IMG/VR virus record: IMGVR_UViG_3300042374_001687
Location: 32,001-96,000 of that record
DNA length: 64,000 nucleotides
From: a virus
Strand: one strand, 5' to 3'
Below, in pieces: positions 19,729-29,518 of the stretch (position 1 is the stretch's first letter; each line of letters starts with the position of its first letter). A program made the position numbers and the translations under genes. Below the pieces are notes generated by a model. It saw nothing but the letters and a program-made list of their open reading frames with translations. It was not told the DNA's origin and did no database searches.

Positions 19729-20154
19729 ATGTCTTTTCTAGGACTTCCATACCCGATCACAAGACACCCCTTGGGACTTCTGAGAACCCAAGGAGGGGTA
19801 AATCAAGTAAAATCCGATCTGCTTGTTCTGCTCCTTACGGAACCTGGGGAGCGGGTCATGCTTCCCGAATTCGGAACTCCACTAAAACAGTTTTTCTTTG
19901 AACCCAACGATTCAATAGTAGTCGAAAATGTAAAACAAGCAATAGCCGATTCAATAAGAAAATGGGAACCTAGAATAGCGGTTACGCAGATAGATGTCAC
20001 AAACTCGTACGACAGTATTGGGCCTTCCTTGAGCGACTCGGACAAAAAGGAGGATATTGGGCACATACTTCTCATAAGAATTTTGTTTTCGGACTTTAAT
20101 AACATACAGAGTGTCCAAGAACTTAAATTAGAAATACCTCTCGGAGGCCAATAA
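19729..20154 (+). CDS. baseplate wedge/sheath initiator gp25-like
   Basis: LLLTEPGERVMLPEFGT.L..FFEPND...I..WEPRI. Confidence 0.93.
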   Translation: MSFLGLPYPITRHPLGLLRTQGGVNQVKSDLLVLLLTEPGERVMLPEFGTPLKQFFFEPNDSIVVENVKQAIADSIRKWEPRIAVTQIDVTNSYDSIGPSLSDSDKKEDIGHILLIRILFSDFNNIQSVQELKLEIPLGGQ

Positions 20155-20155
20155 G

Positions 20156-21730
20156 ATGCCCGAAAACTGTCCTTTTGAAATAACCCCATATTCTCAGTCC
20201 AATCCGATAAAGAACGACAAGATAATCAGCCTTAACTACACAAATCAGGACTTTTGGTCGCTCAAGACAAGGCTTGTTCAATTCATAAGGGAAAGGTTCG
20301 GCGAGACGGGAACGGTCATTCCCAACGCCTTCAATGACTTCGTGGAAAGTTCCATAGCCATAATGCTTGTTGAAAACTGGGCATTCTTGGCTGACACACT
20401 GTCTTTCAAGATGGATCAAATGGTCAACGAACTATTCATTGACACGGTGACCGAACCTGACAATGCCTTCAGGTTATGCCAACTTGTGGGCTTCAAGCCT
20501 ACCCCGCCAATTCCTTCAAGTTCCATGTGGACAGCAACAATAAATAATCCTCTAGACATAGACTTGGAAATAATTACGCCAGTCTCGGTGGATGTTGGCA
20601 CGGAAGATGGGCTTATATCAATAGAACTATTTGCGGCAGATGCCAAAAACAACCCAATGTTTGATGAGCCTATAATAATACCCGCCGGAACATACACGAA
20701 TTCTTCCGTGATCGGACTTGAGGGCAGAACATTTATAGACAATTATACAGGAACTGGACAGACGCTTCAGTCCTACCAGACCACAAAAGACTCTGTCATA
20801 TATGACTCAATCAGCGTGAAGGTGGATGGAATACTGTGGGAGAGGGTCGAATATTTCAGTGATTCTCAGCCCCGACGAGAATACAGAGTGGAGTTGGACT
20901 CCTCCTACAGGGCCTACATAATGTTTGGCAATAACAGGGCAGGCCTTTCTCCTCCAAACGGTTCGCAGATAGAAATAAAAGCCAGAACGGGAGGAGGAGT
21001 TAGGGGCAACATAGTCACTGGGTATGTGGAGTATCAGAGCCAAGCGACTGTTTTTGGACTTAGTTCTAATGTTCCCGTCACTTTTTCTAATTATACCAAG
21101 GGAGACCACGGCTATGACGGGGACTCTATAGAGGACATACGCCGCAAGCTTCCGGCCTATCTCAGGACGCAAGACAGGGCGGTAACAGGGCTTGATTATA
21201 AAACTCTGGCGGATCAATTTGTCACTCCATACTATGGACAGATAGGTAAGTCAACGGCCGTACTCCGCAATCATGGCTGCGCTGGCAATGTAGTGGATAT
21301 TTATGTTCTTGCCAGAAACGGGAACTCCGGTCTCCAGGAGGCAAGCGATGGACTGAAGCAAGAACTCGCGAATCTCCTAGAAACAAAAAAAATGATAACT
21401 GACTACATCTGCATAAAAGATGGCCAAGTAATTGAGGTTGATGTGTCGGTAGAGGTGGTACTGTCAAAGATTAACAAGAAGTTTGAGCAGGAAATAAGAG
21501 TAAACATAGAAAACAGCATACAAGACTTCTTTGGTTTGCAGAATTGGGAATTCGGACAATATCTGAAGGACAGTGACCTTGTTAAAAATCTGTCGTCTGT
21601 TAAGCAGGCCGAGGGGTTTGAAATAACATTCACAACAAATTATCCAAATAACTCAGGTTCTTTGGTGACTGCGAAGTTCTTTGAGATAATAAGGCCGGGA
21701 TCAATAGAAGTGGCTTTCATGTATGAATGA
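20156..21730 (+). CDS. baseplate wedge protein gp6/J-like
   Basis: YTNQDFWSLK, DTLSFKMDQ..NE.FIDT, IMFGNN..G..P and RTQDRAVT..DY. Confidence 0.92.
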   Translation: MPENCPFEITPYSQSNPIKNDKIISLNYTNQDFWSLKTRLVQFIRERFGETGTVIPNAFNDFVESSIAIMLVENWAFLADTLSFKMDQMVNELFIDTVTEPDNAFRLCQLVGFKPTPPIPSSSMWTATINNPLDIDLEIITPVSVDVGTEDGLISIELFAADAKNNPMFDEPIIIPAGTYTNSSVIGLEGRTFIDNYTGTGQTLQSYQTTKDSVIYDSISVKVDGILWERVEYFSDSQPRREYRVELDSSYRAYIMFGNNRAGLSPPNGSQIEIKARTGGGVRGNIVTGYVEYQSQATVFGLSSNVPVTFSNYTKGDHGYDGDSIEDIRRKLPAYLRTQDRAVTGLDYKTLADQFVTPYYGQIGKSTAVLRNHGCAGNVVDIYVLARNGNSGLQEASDGLKQELANLLETKKMITDYICIKDGQVIEVDVSVEVVLSKINKKFEQEIRVNIENSIQDFFGLQNWEFGQYLKDSDLVKNLSSVKQAEGFEITFTTNYPNNSGSLVTAKFFEIIRPGSIEVAFMYE

Positions 21731-21736
21731 GGATGA

Positions 21737-24700
21737 ATGATTAAAACAGTGGGCAAAGAAAGCGTGAAAATTTCCGAAAAGGCAAAGTTCGTCCTCGAGA
21801 CTAGAGACGGCGAGGGATGTCTACGCACTCCGTATCAGATAAAGAATGTAACCATATATTTCGTGAACAGAGAGTTCACAGATTCTACTGCAAGAGAATA
21901 CCAGCACGAAACAGCGGATGCTGAACTTAAAAATCAATACGAAGCTTTAAAGCGACAAATATGCTTGAAGGCCAAAAAAAGCGTTCGTGTTGCCACAACG
22001 GAAGAAATAATCCTGGTGGGCGAGCAAGAAATAGACGGTGTGTACATTGTTGAGGGTGAACGGGTTCTGGTTAAGGATCAAGTTGAAAGAAGTGACAATG
22101 GGATATATGTTGCAAAAACAGGGCCATGGACGAGGGCAGAGGATGCTAACAGTTCAGACAAGTTGGTGAGAGGAGCATATTTATTTGTAGATGAAGGAAT
22201 AGAGAATATAGAAACGGGATGGGTTCTTGAATCTGCCGGGATTGAGCTTGGTTTGTCACCTCTGGACTTCTTCAGATTTTCCTCTCCTCAAGATCCTGCG
22301 GACGCCCCGACGGAAAATTCCATGGAGCGGCTTGAATTTTTGAAATCCAAGCTTGACAGTTCCAAGTCCACATCACAGTTTTTCTACAAAGAGGCCACCC
22401 CGGTAAAGGTTTTCGGTGGCTACAAAGATCCTAAGACCGGAGAGCTGTTCCCGGCTTGGCTCAATCCTTCTTTGGTTCCGACCGAATTGAGAGCAAAGAC
22501 GGAGGGTGACAATATCCTTGCTCCCTACGAAGAAGGCAACGAAATAATAGAGGGCAAGTTTGAACTTGAATGGGACACGAGCGGATGCAGAGAGGGCGAT
22601 TATTTCATTTGCTGGTCTTGGATGCCCAACCTTGTTGGAGACACTGTTTCCGCCCATATGTTTTTTTCATTGGACGGAAGCACGCTTGTAACTACAAGCA
22701 TACCGACGCATTTTACAAATCCAGAAAAATACGAGACGCTTTTGGATCGGTATACGCCGGAAATGTTCAAGACGGTAATATCAGACACGGACTTGACCCC
22801 TAGGGTGATGAAAGGTTTAAACGGTGCGGTGGCGGCGGGATTCACATTCCTAGAAAACATGGCGAATCAAATAATAGACCTTCTTGATTCCAACGCTACC
22901 CACGAACAGCTTCTCCCGCTTCTTTCAAATTTTTTCAATTTGAGTCTTAAGTCCAACGATCCTACCTTGTGGAGAAGGCAGATAAAAAAGGCAATACCGA
23001 ACTTCAAGAAGAAGGGAAGCATAGTCGGACTAAAAGAGGCGTTCTCGGACGCTGGGATGAAGTTCTTGAAAATTACCAAGCTGTGGCAGGTGGTTTCAAA
23101 ATATACCTTTCAAGAGCACTTTAAATATGAGGGCAATTCAGTCTTCAGGCTGTCTAAAAACGCCCTTCTTCCAGTGGACTTAGACTTTGAGATTTGGATA
23201 AGGAAAGCGGGCGAGGGATCGGAGTGGGAGTCACTACGCCCAGAACTTCCTGCGGAGAACTGGGTCGAATCCTATGTCAATATATCAGGCGATGAAATGG
23301 CTTGGGTTGGTGCCGAGTTGCAATTGGGCGACTCAATAAGGATAATGTACAAAATCAGGGAAATTCCCTCGGGCGAGCGAAGCGTCGATGAGTACATAAG
23401 GCAGCTGCCTTTAATGGACGACAGGGACGAAAGGAGTCAGAGTTATCCTCCGAAAAACTGGAACACGCGTTTGATAGAAGAGGATGATGATCTTTTTGAT
23501 CTTGTGGTTCCCGTAAGACATCCTCTGGCAGATCCTATTGTGTGGGGGAGAATAAGGACGGAGTTTCCATACAGCGAAAATGCTTACAACATGGATGAAT
23601 ATAACGGATCCAAGCGTGATAGTTTCAACCCGTGTGACATAGACAAGGAATTTACAGATCCTTGCGGCCAGTGCCAGAGCAGCAAGTACAACTTAGACCT
23701 TGAGGTGGAGAGGCTTTCAAACGACAGCTTGCAAGAGGCAAAAAGGGTAGTGGAGGAATTCATGCCGCTCCATGCCGTAGTCCATTCATTCAATTTTTCA
23801 GGATCTGTTAATGAATTCATCAAGACAAACGAGGAGAGAATAGAGGCTCTAGTCACATATTCGGCAGAGGACACCATTCTCGCGGGAGAGGGCCAGAACA
23901 TATTCAACAGAGACATGGATCGCAGAGAGATGCAGAACATCAAGAGGGAGGCGCTTGCCAGCATGTCCGTGGTCGTTCCCGACGGGACCGGGAGCATTTG
24001 CAATCAGAGGATCGTACTCCAGTCTTCTAGCATAAACACAGAAGACGAAATGAATAACGCAAGCTTCCAAAATAAGACGCAAGGATTTGAGTTCAAAAAC
24101 ATCAACACCGGTTTTGCAGAATCCGATCCTTTTGACAGTGGAAATCTGCTGGAGGTTCTGGGGAATGTGGTTGCGAACTACACGATCTCAAGGTTTAGCA
24201 GAAACTCGGCCGAAATTTATGGATCCGTAAATGAATTGGCGATTGGTCCATTATTTGAATACAGAATATCCAACAAGATTGCAGATTTGAATGTGGACAT
24301 AGCTCAATCGGACAAGGTTACTTTCAATGATGAAAACGCAGACTTTTGGATGCTTGGGATAACGACACAACACGATATTGATGAGGGGCTTTCAGCTTCT
24401 TCTGTTTGGAAATTCAGACATGATGACAAAGAGTATGCGATTCAAAATATCATGCCAGATGGATCGTTGCTGCTGGGGGATGAATCGCCATCGTCGCCGA
24501 TAGTAGGATGGCAGCTTTTAAAAGACGGGGATGTGGTAAAAAGTTTGAATTCGGGAACAAAAACTGTGTCTAAATACGGTTTTGTGGAAATCAATTGGCC
24601 AGAAATAGAAATGAGAAATGTTTTGGCCATAGGAGATTATGTTTACCTCGGATGGCCGGACGAGACCAGAAGATACAAAATAAAGTCATTCAAGGGCGGC

Positions 24701-25270
24701 GATGAGAATGGATTTTATATTGAGGGGTACGATGAGGGATCTGTGGGGGGCCAGAACATAAAGGTTTACAGAAGGGTGGTGGAAAACAAGGTCGGACAGT
24801 TCGGCTATGAGGGAATAGTATTAAACGCTGATGCCAACATAGAGGAGCGACTTTTGATATCCAACGGTGCAAGTAAGGATCCCAACAACATAAGATCCGA
24901 CAATATTAAGGAAAACTTCTTGGTGTTATTTGACCAAAAATACTATTCTATTTCGGAGATAGATGGAGCCAGATTGACACTAGACGGACCGATGGGAAAT
25001 TACACCTTGGATGGCCAAGACATAAACTTCTTGGTCTATAAGTTTTCAAAGCTTGGTCTTTCGGTCTCCGAACGGCACATCCCGTCGGTTCCAGCGAATG
25101 TGTTTGAGATGGTAGATAGATCCGGAAAGGGAACGATCAAGGTGGTTCAAGACAACGCCTTGGCCGGAACCGTGTCTATGCTTAACTCGGCCAACTCTGG
25201 GGAGAAGATCGACATGGTTGGACAAAAAGAGGACATAGAATTCCAGATAGAATACAGAGAGGAAACATGA
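21737..25270 (+). CDS. baseplate wedge protein gp7/I-like with an inserted fibre-type domain
   Basis: LLPLLSNFF...WRRQIKKAIPNFKKKGSIVGL is the tail protein I motif. Follows gp6. Confidence 0.8.
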   Translation: MIKTVGKESVKISEKAKFVLETRDGEGCLRTPYQIKNVTIYFVNREFTDSTAREYQHETADAELKNQYEALKRQICLKAKKSVRVATTEEIILVGEQEIDGVYIVEGERVLVKDQVERSDNGIYVAKTGPWTRAEDANSSDKLVRGAYLFVDEGIENIETGWVLESAGIELGLSPLDFFRFSSPQDPADAPTENSMERLEFLKSKLDSSKSTSQFFYKEATPVKVFGGYKDPKTGELFPAWLNPSLVPTELRAKTEGDNILAPYEEGNEIIEGKFELEWDTSGCREGDYFICWSWMPNLVGDTVSAHMFFSLDGSTLVTTSIPTHFTNPEKYETLLDRYTPEMFKTVISDTDLTPRVMKGLNGAVAAGFTFLENMANQIIDLLDSNATHEQLLPLLSNFFNLSLKSNDPTLWRRQIKKAIPNFKKKGSIVGLKEAFSDAGMKFLKITKLWQVVSKYTFQEHFKYEGNSVFRLSKNALLPVDLDFEIWIRKAGEGSEWESLRPELPAENWVESYVNISGDEMAWVGAELQLGDSIRIMYKIREIPSGERSVDEYIRQLPLMDDRDERSQSYPPKNWNTRLIEEDDDLFDLVVPVRHPLADPIVWGRIRTEFPYSENAYNMDEYNGSKRDSFNPCDIDKEFTDPCGQCQSSKYNLDLEVERLSNDSLQEAKRVVEEFMPLHAVVHSFNFSGSVNEFIKTNEERIEALVTYSAEDTILAGEGQNIFNRDMDRREMQNIKREALASMSVVVPDGTGSICNQRIVLQSSSINTEDEMNNASFQNKTQGFEFKNINTGFAESDPFDSGNLLEVLGNVVANYTISRFSRNSAEIYGSVNELAIGPLFEYRISNKIADLNVDIAQSDKVTFNDENADFWMLGITTQHDIDEGLSASSVWKFRHDDKEYAIQNIMPDGSLLLGDESPSSPIVGWQLLKDGDVVKSLNSGTKTVSKYGFVEINWPEIEMRNVLAIGDYVYLGWPDETRRYKIKSFKGGDENGFYIEGYDEGSVGGQNIKVYRRVVENKVGQFGYEGIVLNADANIEERLLISNGASKDPNNIRSDNIKENFLVLFDQKYYSISEIDGARLTLDGPMGNYTLDGQDINFLVYKFSKLGLSVSERHIPSVPANVFEMVDRSGKGTIKVVQDNALAGTVSMLNSANSGEKIDMVGQKEDIEFQIEYREET

Positions 25271-25740
25271 ACGAAGAAAAGATGAAATGTAGAGGGGATG
25301 TCCAGGCAATTCTGGAGCATAGGGGTGGTGAAAAAGAGATCATAGAATTCCGAAACACGATATTGCAGACGGGAAGAGAGGCATTGGCACTTTCGCTTGC
25401 AAACATGATAGGAGACGACTTTGATTTCTTCATAAACAGAATGATATTCGGCGACGGAGGAACCACGGGCGGCGTGCCTAAGATGGTATCGGCCGACAGG
25501 AACGGTCTCTTTGGAGCCGCCAGGGTGAACAAGCCTGTGGTGGCAAATATAGATGCGGCCACTGGGACGCAGGTGATATTCACCTCGGTGGTCGCTTTTG
25601 ACGAGGGAAACGGATACGACTTGAACGAAATGGCGCTGGTCATGCAGAACGGGGACTTATACAGCATGGCAACTTTCCCAGGAATATCCAAAACTCCTCA
25701 GACACAAATAACTTTCAATTGGCGGCTTTCCTTTATATGA
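25267..25740 (+). CDS. baseplate/tail-fibre attachment protein (gpH N-terminal-like)
   Basis: NTILQTGREALA...IFGDGG...EGNGYDLNEMAL...F..ISKT. Confidence 0.75.
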   Translation: MNEEKMKCRGDVQAILEHRGGEKEIIEFRNTILQTGREALALSLANMIGDDFDFFINRMIFGDGGTTGGVPKMVSADRNGLFGAARVNKPVVANIDAATGTQVIFTSVVAFDEGNGYDLNEMALVMQNGDLYSMATFPGISKTPQTQITFNWRLSFI

Positions 25741-25985
25741 AAAAATTTGAAGTATGCAGGGTTGAGAATCAAAATGTGATAAAGATAGATGGTGATGTTT
25801 TTGACTGGGGTCTTGATGACGATGCACTAGCCCAAGCAAACCAGCATGCTTTAAGCAAAGACACTATGAAGGCCATACATTCCGACATAAAAAATCACTT
25901 TTTGGATTGCCTTTCGGAGCATCTTGGATTTAGGCCCACAATGAAACAAGTCAACAAGGCTTTAAAGGAGGGATTCATTGATTAG
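25737..25985 (+). CDS. hypothetical protein
   Basis: ATGA overlap with the upstream gene, 82 aa. Confidence 0.6.
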   Translation: MKKFEVCRVENQNVIKIDGDVFDWGLDDDALAQANQHALSKDTMKAIHSDIKNHFLDCLSEHLGFRPTMKQVNKALKEGFID

Positions 25986-26478
25986 TATAGAGGAAAAGGA
26001 CAATAGGTTCTATATTTCCGAATCCAGCCAGCAGAATGCCGGGTTAGGTTTGTTTGCCTCTGTGGATATAAAAAAAGGCGATAATCTTGAAGTGATCGGC
26101 GTAATGGTTGACAGAGGTTCGCCGGCCGATGTCTGCACGACTTATGCAAACACATTCAAGTTTGCGGCCGACTATTCTGACTCGTTCAAGAAGCACATCA
26201 TCCCTATGGGCTATGGAGGGATGGTAAATCATGCCAATGAAAAGAAGGATCAAAATGTAGAGATAAGGTACATTAAAAAAAATGACGATTTGGCGTGCGT
26301 GTACTACTTCATAAAGGATGTGAAGAAGGGCGACGAAATATTGGGCGATTATGGTGATGACTGGCGGAGCTTGCTGAATTGGACGCGGAATATTAATTCG
26401 GCAGATGAGGGCGACGACGAGGAGTGGATGAGTTTTCTTGAACTGGGTCTATATAATTTGGGAAAACTCAAGAGGTAA
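25978..26478 (+). CDS. SET-domain protein-lysine methyltransferase
   Basis: NAGLGLFA..DIKKG, MVNHAN and KDVKKGDEILGDYG correspond to the SET motifs GxG, NH(S) and ELxxDY. Confidence 0.88.
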   Translation: MISIEEKDNRFYISESSQQNAGLGLFASVDIKKGDNLEVIGVMVDRGSPADVCTTYANTFKFAADYSDSFKKHIIPMGYGGMVNHANEKKDQNVEIRYIKKNDDLACVYYFIKDVKKGDEILGDYGDDWRSLLNWTRNINSADEGDDEEWMSFLELGLYNLGKLKR

Positions 26479-26485
26479 GGAAAAA

Positions 26486-27676
26486 ATGCCGCAGATAAAT
26501 AGTATTCCGGAAGTCACATACCAGCCCGATCAGCCCTACCATTACCTCTACGACAATCTTCCTCTGAAGAACATCTTGACGAGGATCGGATTGGTGAACA
26601 TTCAAGTTGACACCAATACGGACATACTGCGTGGTGCGGGTGGTTCTGCCGGTTCACTCAGCAACAGGCTTGGAACCTCCCTGGAGGATTCGGGCGCATT
26701 GAAGGCGGCGGCGGTGGACGAGTCGCTACATAACATAGGGCACCATTCCGACGGCATGGGACCAGACGGGGTGGAGTATGTCAGAATGACCTCTGACGAA
26801 AGAAACAAGTTACTTGGCGTGTCCTCAGGAGCTAACAGTTTGCAAATTGAGATAGAGGATACCCTTCCGACCATAGGCTCATTTGTTAACATTGAAAACG
26901 GAATACTAAAGATAAGAAACTCTCCGACAATATTTTTTGATTTTGAGGCTCCGGACATATTGAAGGCCCATTCAATATTTCCACCAGACGCAGCCCATCG
27001 TCATCACTACGATTTGGTTCCGGCATACGACATTCCTTCTAATCCTAGCTTTCAAAATTTCAAGACAACTTCTTTTAACACCCCATTCGAGGAAGGATCA
27101 CTTCGTGTTTATGTCAATGGCATCAGGTTGGCTAAGCCTTCTGAAGGTGCCTTGAACTACTCGGTCGATGTTCCAGACTACGGCGATCCGAATGGCCCTT
27201 GGATCCCCACACATATTGAAAGTCAAGACCATTCAGCAGGCACATTCAGTCTAAATAGGGCCTTGACAATAGACGATGTGATACGGATAGATTTTGACGA
27301 GACATTTATAAATCCCTCCATTTCTGGTTCCGTGGTAGCGGATTACACAGTTCAGCCTGCCTCGTTAAGCATTTATGACGGAGAAGATGCGAACTTCAGC
27401 TTCACACTAGAATTAACAAATTCACTATACAACTTGCCACAAGTGGTGTATCAGTACTCAACTAATTTGATAGATTGGGCAAATATAAACGAAGGCACTT
27501 CCGGCTTTTCTTCAACTACACCAGGCGTGATAAATGGCTATCTTAACTTGACTAATGTATCCGTTGCCGTGCCATTCAGGCAATACAGGGTCATATGCAG
27601 CGACCCGAGGGAAGGATATAGTGTCATAAGTGAAGTGTTCACTCTGACAGTGAACCCTCAAAGTCAGATAGAATGA
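26486..27676 (+). CDS. virion structural protein with C-terminal Ig-like domain
   Basis: SLRVYVNGIRL motif. C-terminal TVQPASLSIYDGEDANFS...YQYS...W..I...YRVI..S....LTV is an Ig/I-set pattern. Confidence 0.7.
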   Translation: MPQINSIPEVTYQPDQPYHYLYDNLPLKNILTRIGLVNIQVDTNTDILRGAGGSAGSLSNRLGTSLEDSGALKAAAVDESLHNIGHHSDGMGPDGVEYVRMTSDERNKLLGVSSGANSLQIEIEDTLPTIGSFVNIENGILKIRNSPTIFFDFEAPDILKAHSIFPPDAAHRHHYDLVPAYDIPSNPSFQNFKTTSFNTPFEEGSLRVYVNGIRLAKPSEGALNYSVDVPDYGDPNGPWIPTHIESQDHSAGTFSLNRALTIDDVIRIDFDETFINPSISGSVVADYTVQPASLSIYDGEDANFSFTLELTNSLYNLPQVVYQYSTNLIDWANINEGTSGFSSTTPGVINGYLNLTNVSVAVPFRQYRVICSDPREGYSVISEVFTLTVNPQSQIE

Positions 27677-27695
27677 TTCATGTTTAAAACAACAG

Positions 27696-28256
27696 ATGCT
27701 TTCTAAAGAGACTGTGGATATAAATTTTGTGATAATATCTCCCGAGCCCAACATAGGAAGGCTCAAGGGAACTGTCAGATCAATATTCAACAACTACCGA
27801 AGTGATGCAAAGATAATATGCTCCGTGAACAAAACGATAAAAAAACCACAAATAGACGAGATGTGCGATGTTTGTCCAACCTTTAGGGGTGGTCAGACCA
27901 TAACATCTCTCATCAACAACGGCATGAAGCGTGCACACAAAGGGTGGAACATGATCGTTGTAGAGGGAGCGTGGGTGCCTAAAAACATTCAAAACAAGTA
28001 TTTGAGATGGATGTCAGATTCTAAGGATGTGTTGTTCCCTATTGTAATGAATTTGGATAGGCAAGGAATTCCCATGAGAATACTTAGCACTTTCAGCGAA
28101 TGCACGCTAAACGGGGTGCTCTTGGATAAAGACTTTTTTCTAGAGGTAGGCAATCTTTCTGAAAACCCCTTGAAAATATCAAGGGAATTTTGGGCTATGG
28201 AGGCCGCAGACAAAGGAGCAAGATTCAAGGCTATATTGGGCATCAAGATTTGTTGA
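27696..28256 (+). CDS. degenerate GT-A (GT2-like) fold protein
   Basis: FVII...L..TVRSI...LINNGMK...WNMIVVEG resembles a GT2 N-terminus but lacks DxD. Confidence 0.45.
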   Translation: MLSKETVDINFVIISPEPNIGRLKGTVRSIFNNYRSDAKIICSVNKTIKKPQIDEMCDVCPTFRGGQTITSLINNGMKRAHKGWNMIVVEGAWVPKNIQNKYLRWMSDSKDVLFPIVMNLDRQGIPMRILSTFSECTLNGVLLDKDFFLEVGNLSENPLKISREFWAMEAADKGARFKAILGIKIC

Positions 28257-28782
28257 TTTCAAAAAATCTCCATCTGCCCTCACAATTGATAAAAGTGTCT
28301 CTGTCAATGTGCGAGAGGTATTCTTGAACTTCCTCCCATGTTGAAAAAAACATGCTGTGGGGTAGCGTTCCAAAAAGCCAGTCGGGGGTGTGTTCCTTAC
28401 CTTGCTCCATGTGGACGACAACCGGCTTCTTAGATCTGTTCGCCAAGAATATCTCCTCCAGAGTTCCGCAAGGATGGGTATTGAGATCCAAGTTGACGAT
28501 CAAAAAGTCACTTATATCGACGAGTCTGAGGTCTATTGACCTCACATTTTTCATTATATTAGAAAATTCATCGTAATTGCCCTTCTCCTTCAAGAGCTTT
28601 TTGAGGATCGTAGAATCCTCATCCTCTAATCCGATATTGCTCGGTTTGTTGAGGGGATTGAAGACAATTACGCCCTTTTCCTCAAGGAAGGGGGTTATGC
28701 TGGATCGCCATCCCGCACCCCTGTCCGGTACGCGATCCATGGCGCCAGCGAGGTAAACTCTTTGATTTTTCAGCCTATTCAA
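28243..28782 (-). CDS. nucleoside 2-deoxyribosyltransferase-family protein
   Basis: VYLAGAM...WR...FNP...DL..V..SDFLIV...GTLEEI..A...KPVV. Confidence 0.88.
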   Translation of the reverse strand: MNRLKNQRVYLAGAMDRVPDRGAGWRSSITPFLEEKGVIVFNPLNKPSNIGLEDEDSTILKKLLKEKGNYDEFSNIMKNVRSIDLRLVDISDFLIVNLDLNTHPCGTLEEIFLANRSKKPVVVHMEQGKEHTPDWLFGTLPHSMFFSTWEEVQEYLSHIDRDTFINCEGRWRFFEINKS

Positions 28783-28855
28783 GGTGGAATCCTTTGTGTA
28801 AATTCTGACCGGAAAGTCCTCTACTAATACTAGAAGATATAGAAAGGAACTTTGT

Positions 28856-29518
28856 ATGTCAAGCGAAATTTATCAAAAAGCGTGCGATTTGGTGTCAAAC
28901 AATCCCGTCTGCACCAGACACACCTTTTATCAATTAAAGCACTTTGTCCTGGGTAAGGAGTTGACCACACAAGCGAAGCTTCAAAAGTGCCTCAGGGAGA
29001 TAGATGCAAGAAGAAGTTCCTTAAAATCTATGATTTTGGGCATAGAAGAGGCAGAGGACGAGGCTAGGGTTCTAGACTTGAAAATGACCGCTTTGGACAA
29101 AAAGAAAGCAAAAAACGAACTAGATAGTGAGTACAAGTCCATTCAAAAGAGGAAACTGATTAGAAAAAAGGACTCCCTCTTTGATTCAATCCGGGAAATG
29201 AAGCAAAAGCTCAAGGAAACGGAAGAGGAAATGAGTTTTTTCTTGAGTGCCTATCAGCAGCTGGAGAAGATAGAGCCACTCAAGAGGTACGACGACCCAG
29301 AGTCAAACGCCCAATTCTGGAACGAGAACTTTGCCCAAGAACTTCAACTTAGAATTCTTTTGCAGAAGCCTCTAGATCTGGAGCTTGTGAAGTGCATTCT
29401 GGCTCTAGACGATGGTTCGTCCACCAGAAAGGAGATGATAGGAATATTGGAGCAGATACAAAACCAGACAATTGCGGCAAGGAATCATTCTAGAATAGAG
29501 GGAAACAGAAATGGCTGA
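28856..29518 (+). CDS. coiled-coil hypothetical protein
   Basis: 220-aa helical ORF with RBS, heading the fibre operon. Confidence 0.7.
   Translation: MSSEIYQKACDLVSNNPVCTRHTFYQLKHFVLGKELTTQAKLQKCLREIDARRSSLKSMILGIEEAEDEARVLDLKMTALDKKKAKNELDSEYKSIQKRKLIRKKDSLFDSIREMKQKLKETEEEMSFFLSAYQQLEKIEPLKRYDDPESNAQFWNENFAQELQLRILLQKPLDLELVKCILALDDGSSTRKEMIGILEQIQNQTIAARNHSRIEGNRNG

Noticed and set aside
15196-25740. Bacterial eCIS/T6SS/tailocin locus
   Set aside because: A T4-like portal, terminase, gp2, primase and very long tape measure in the same gene-dense contig indicate a true phage.
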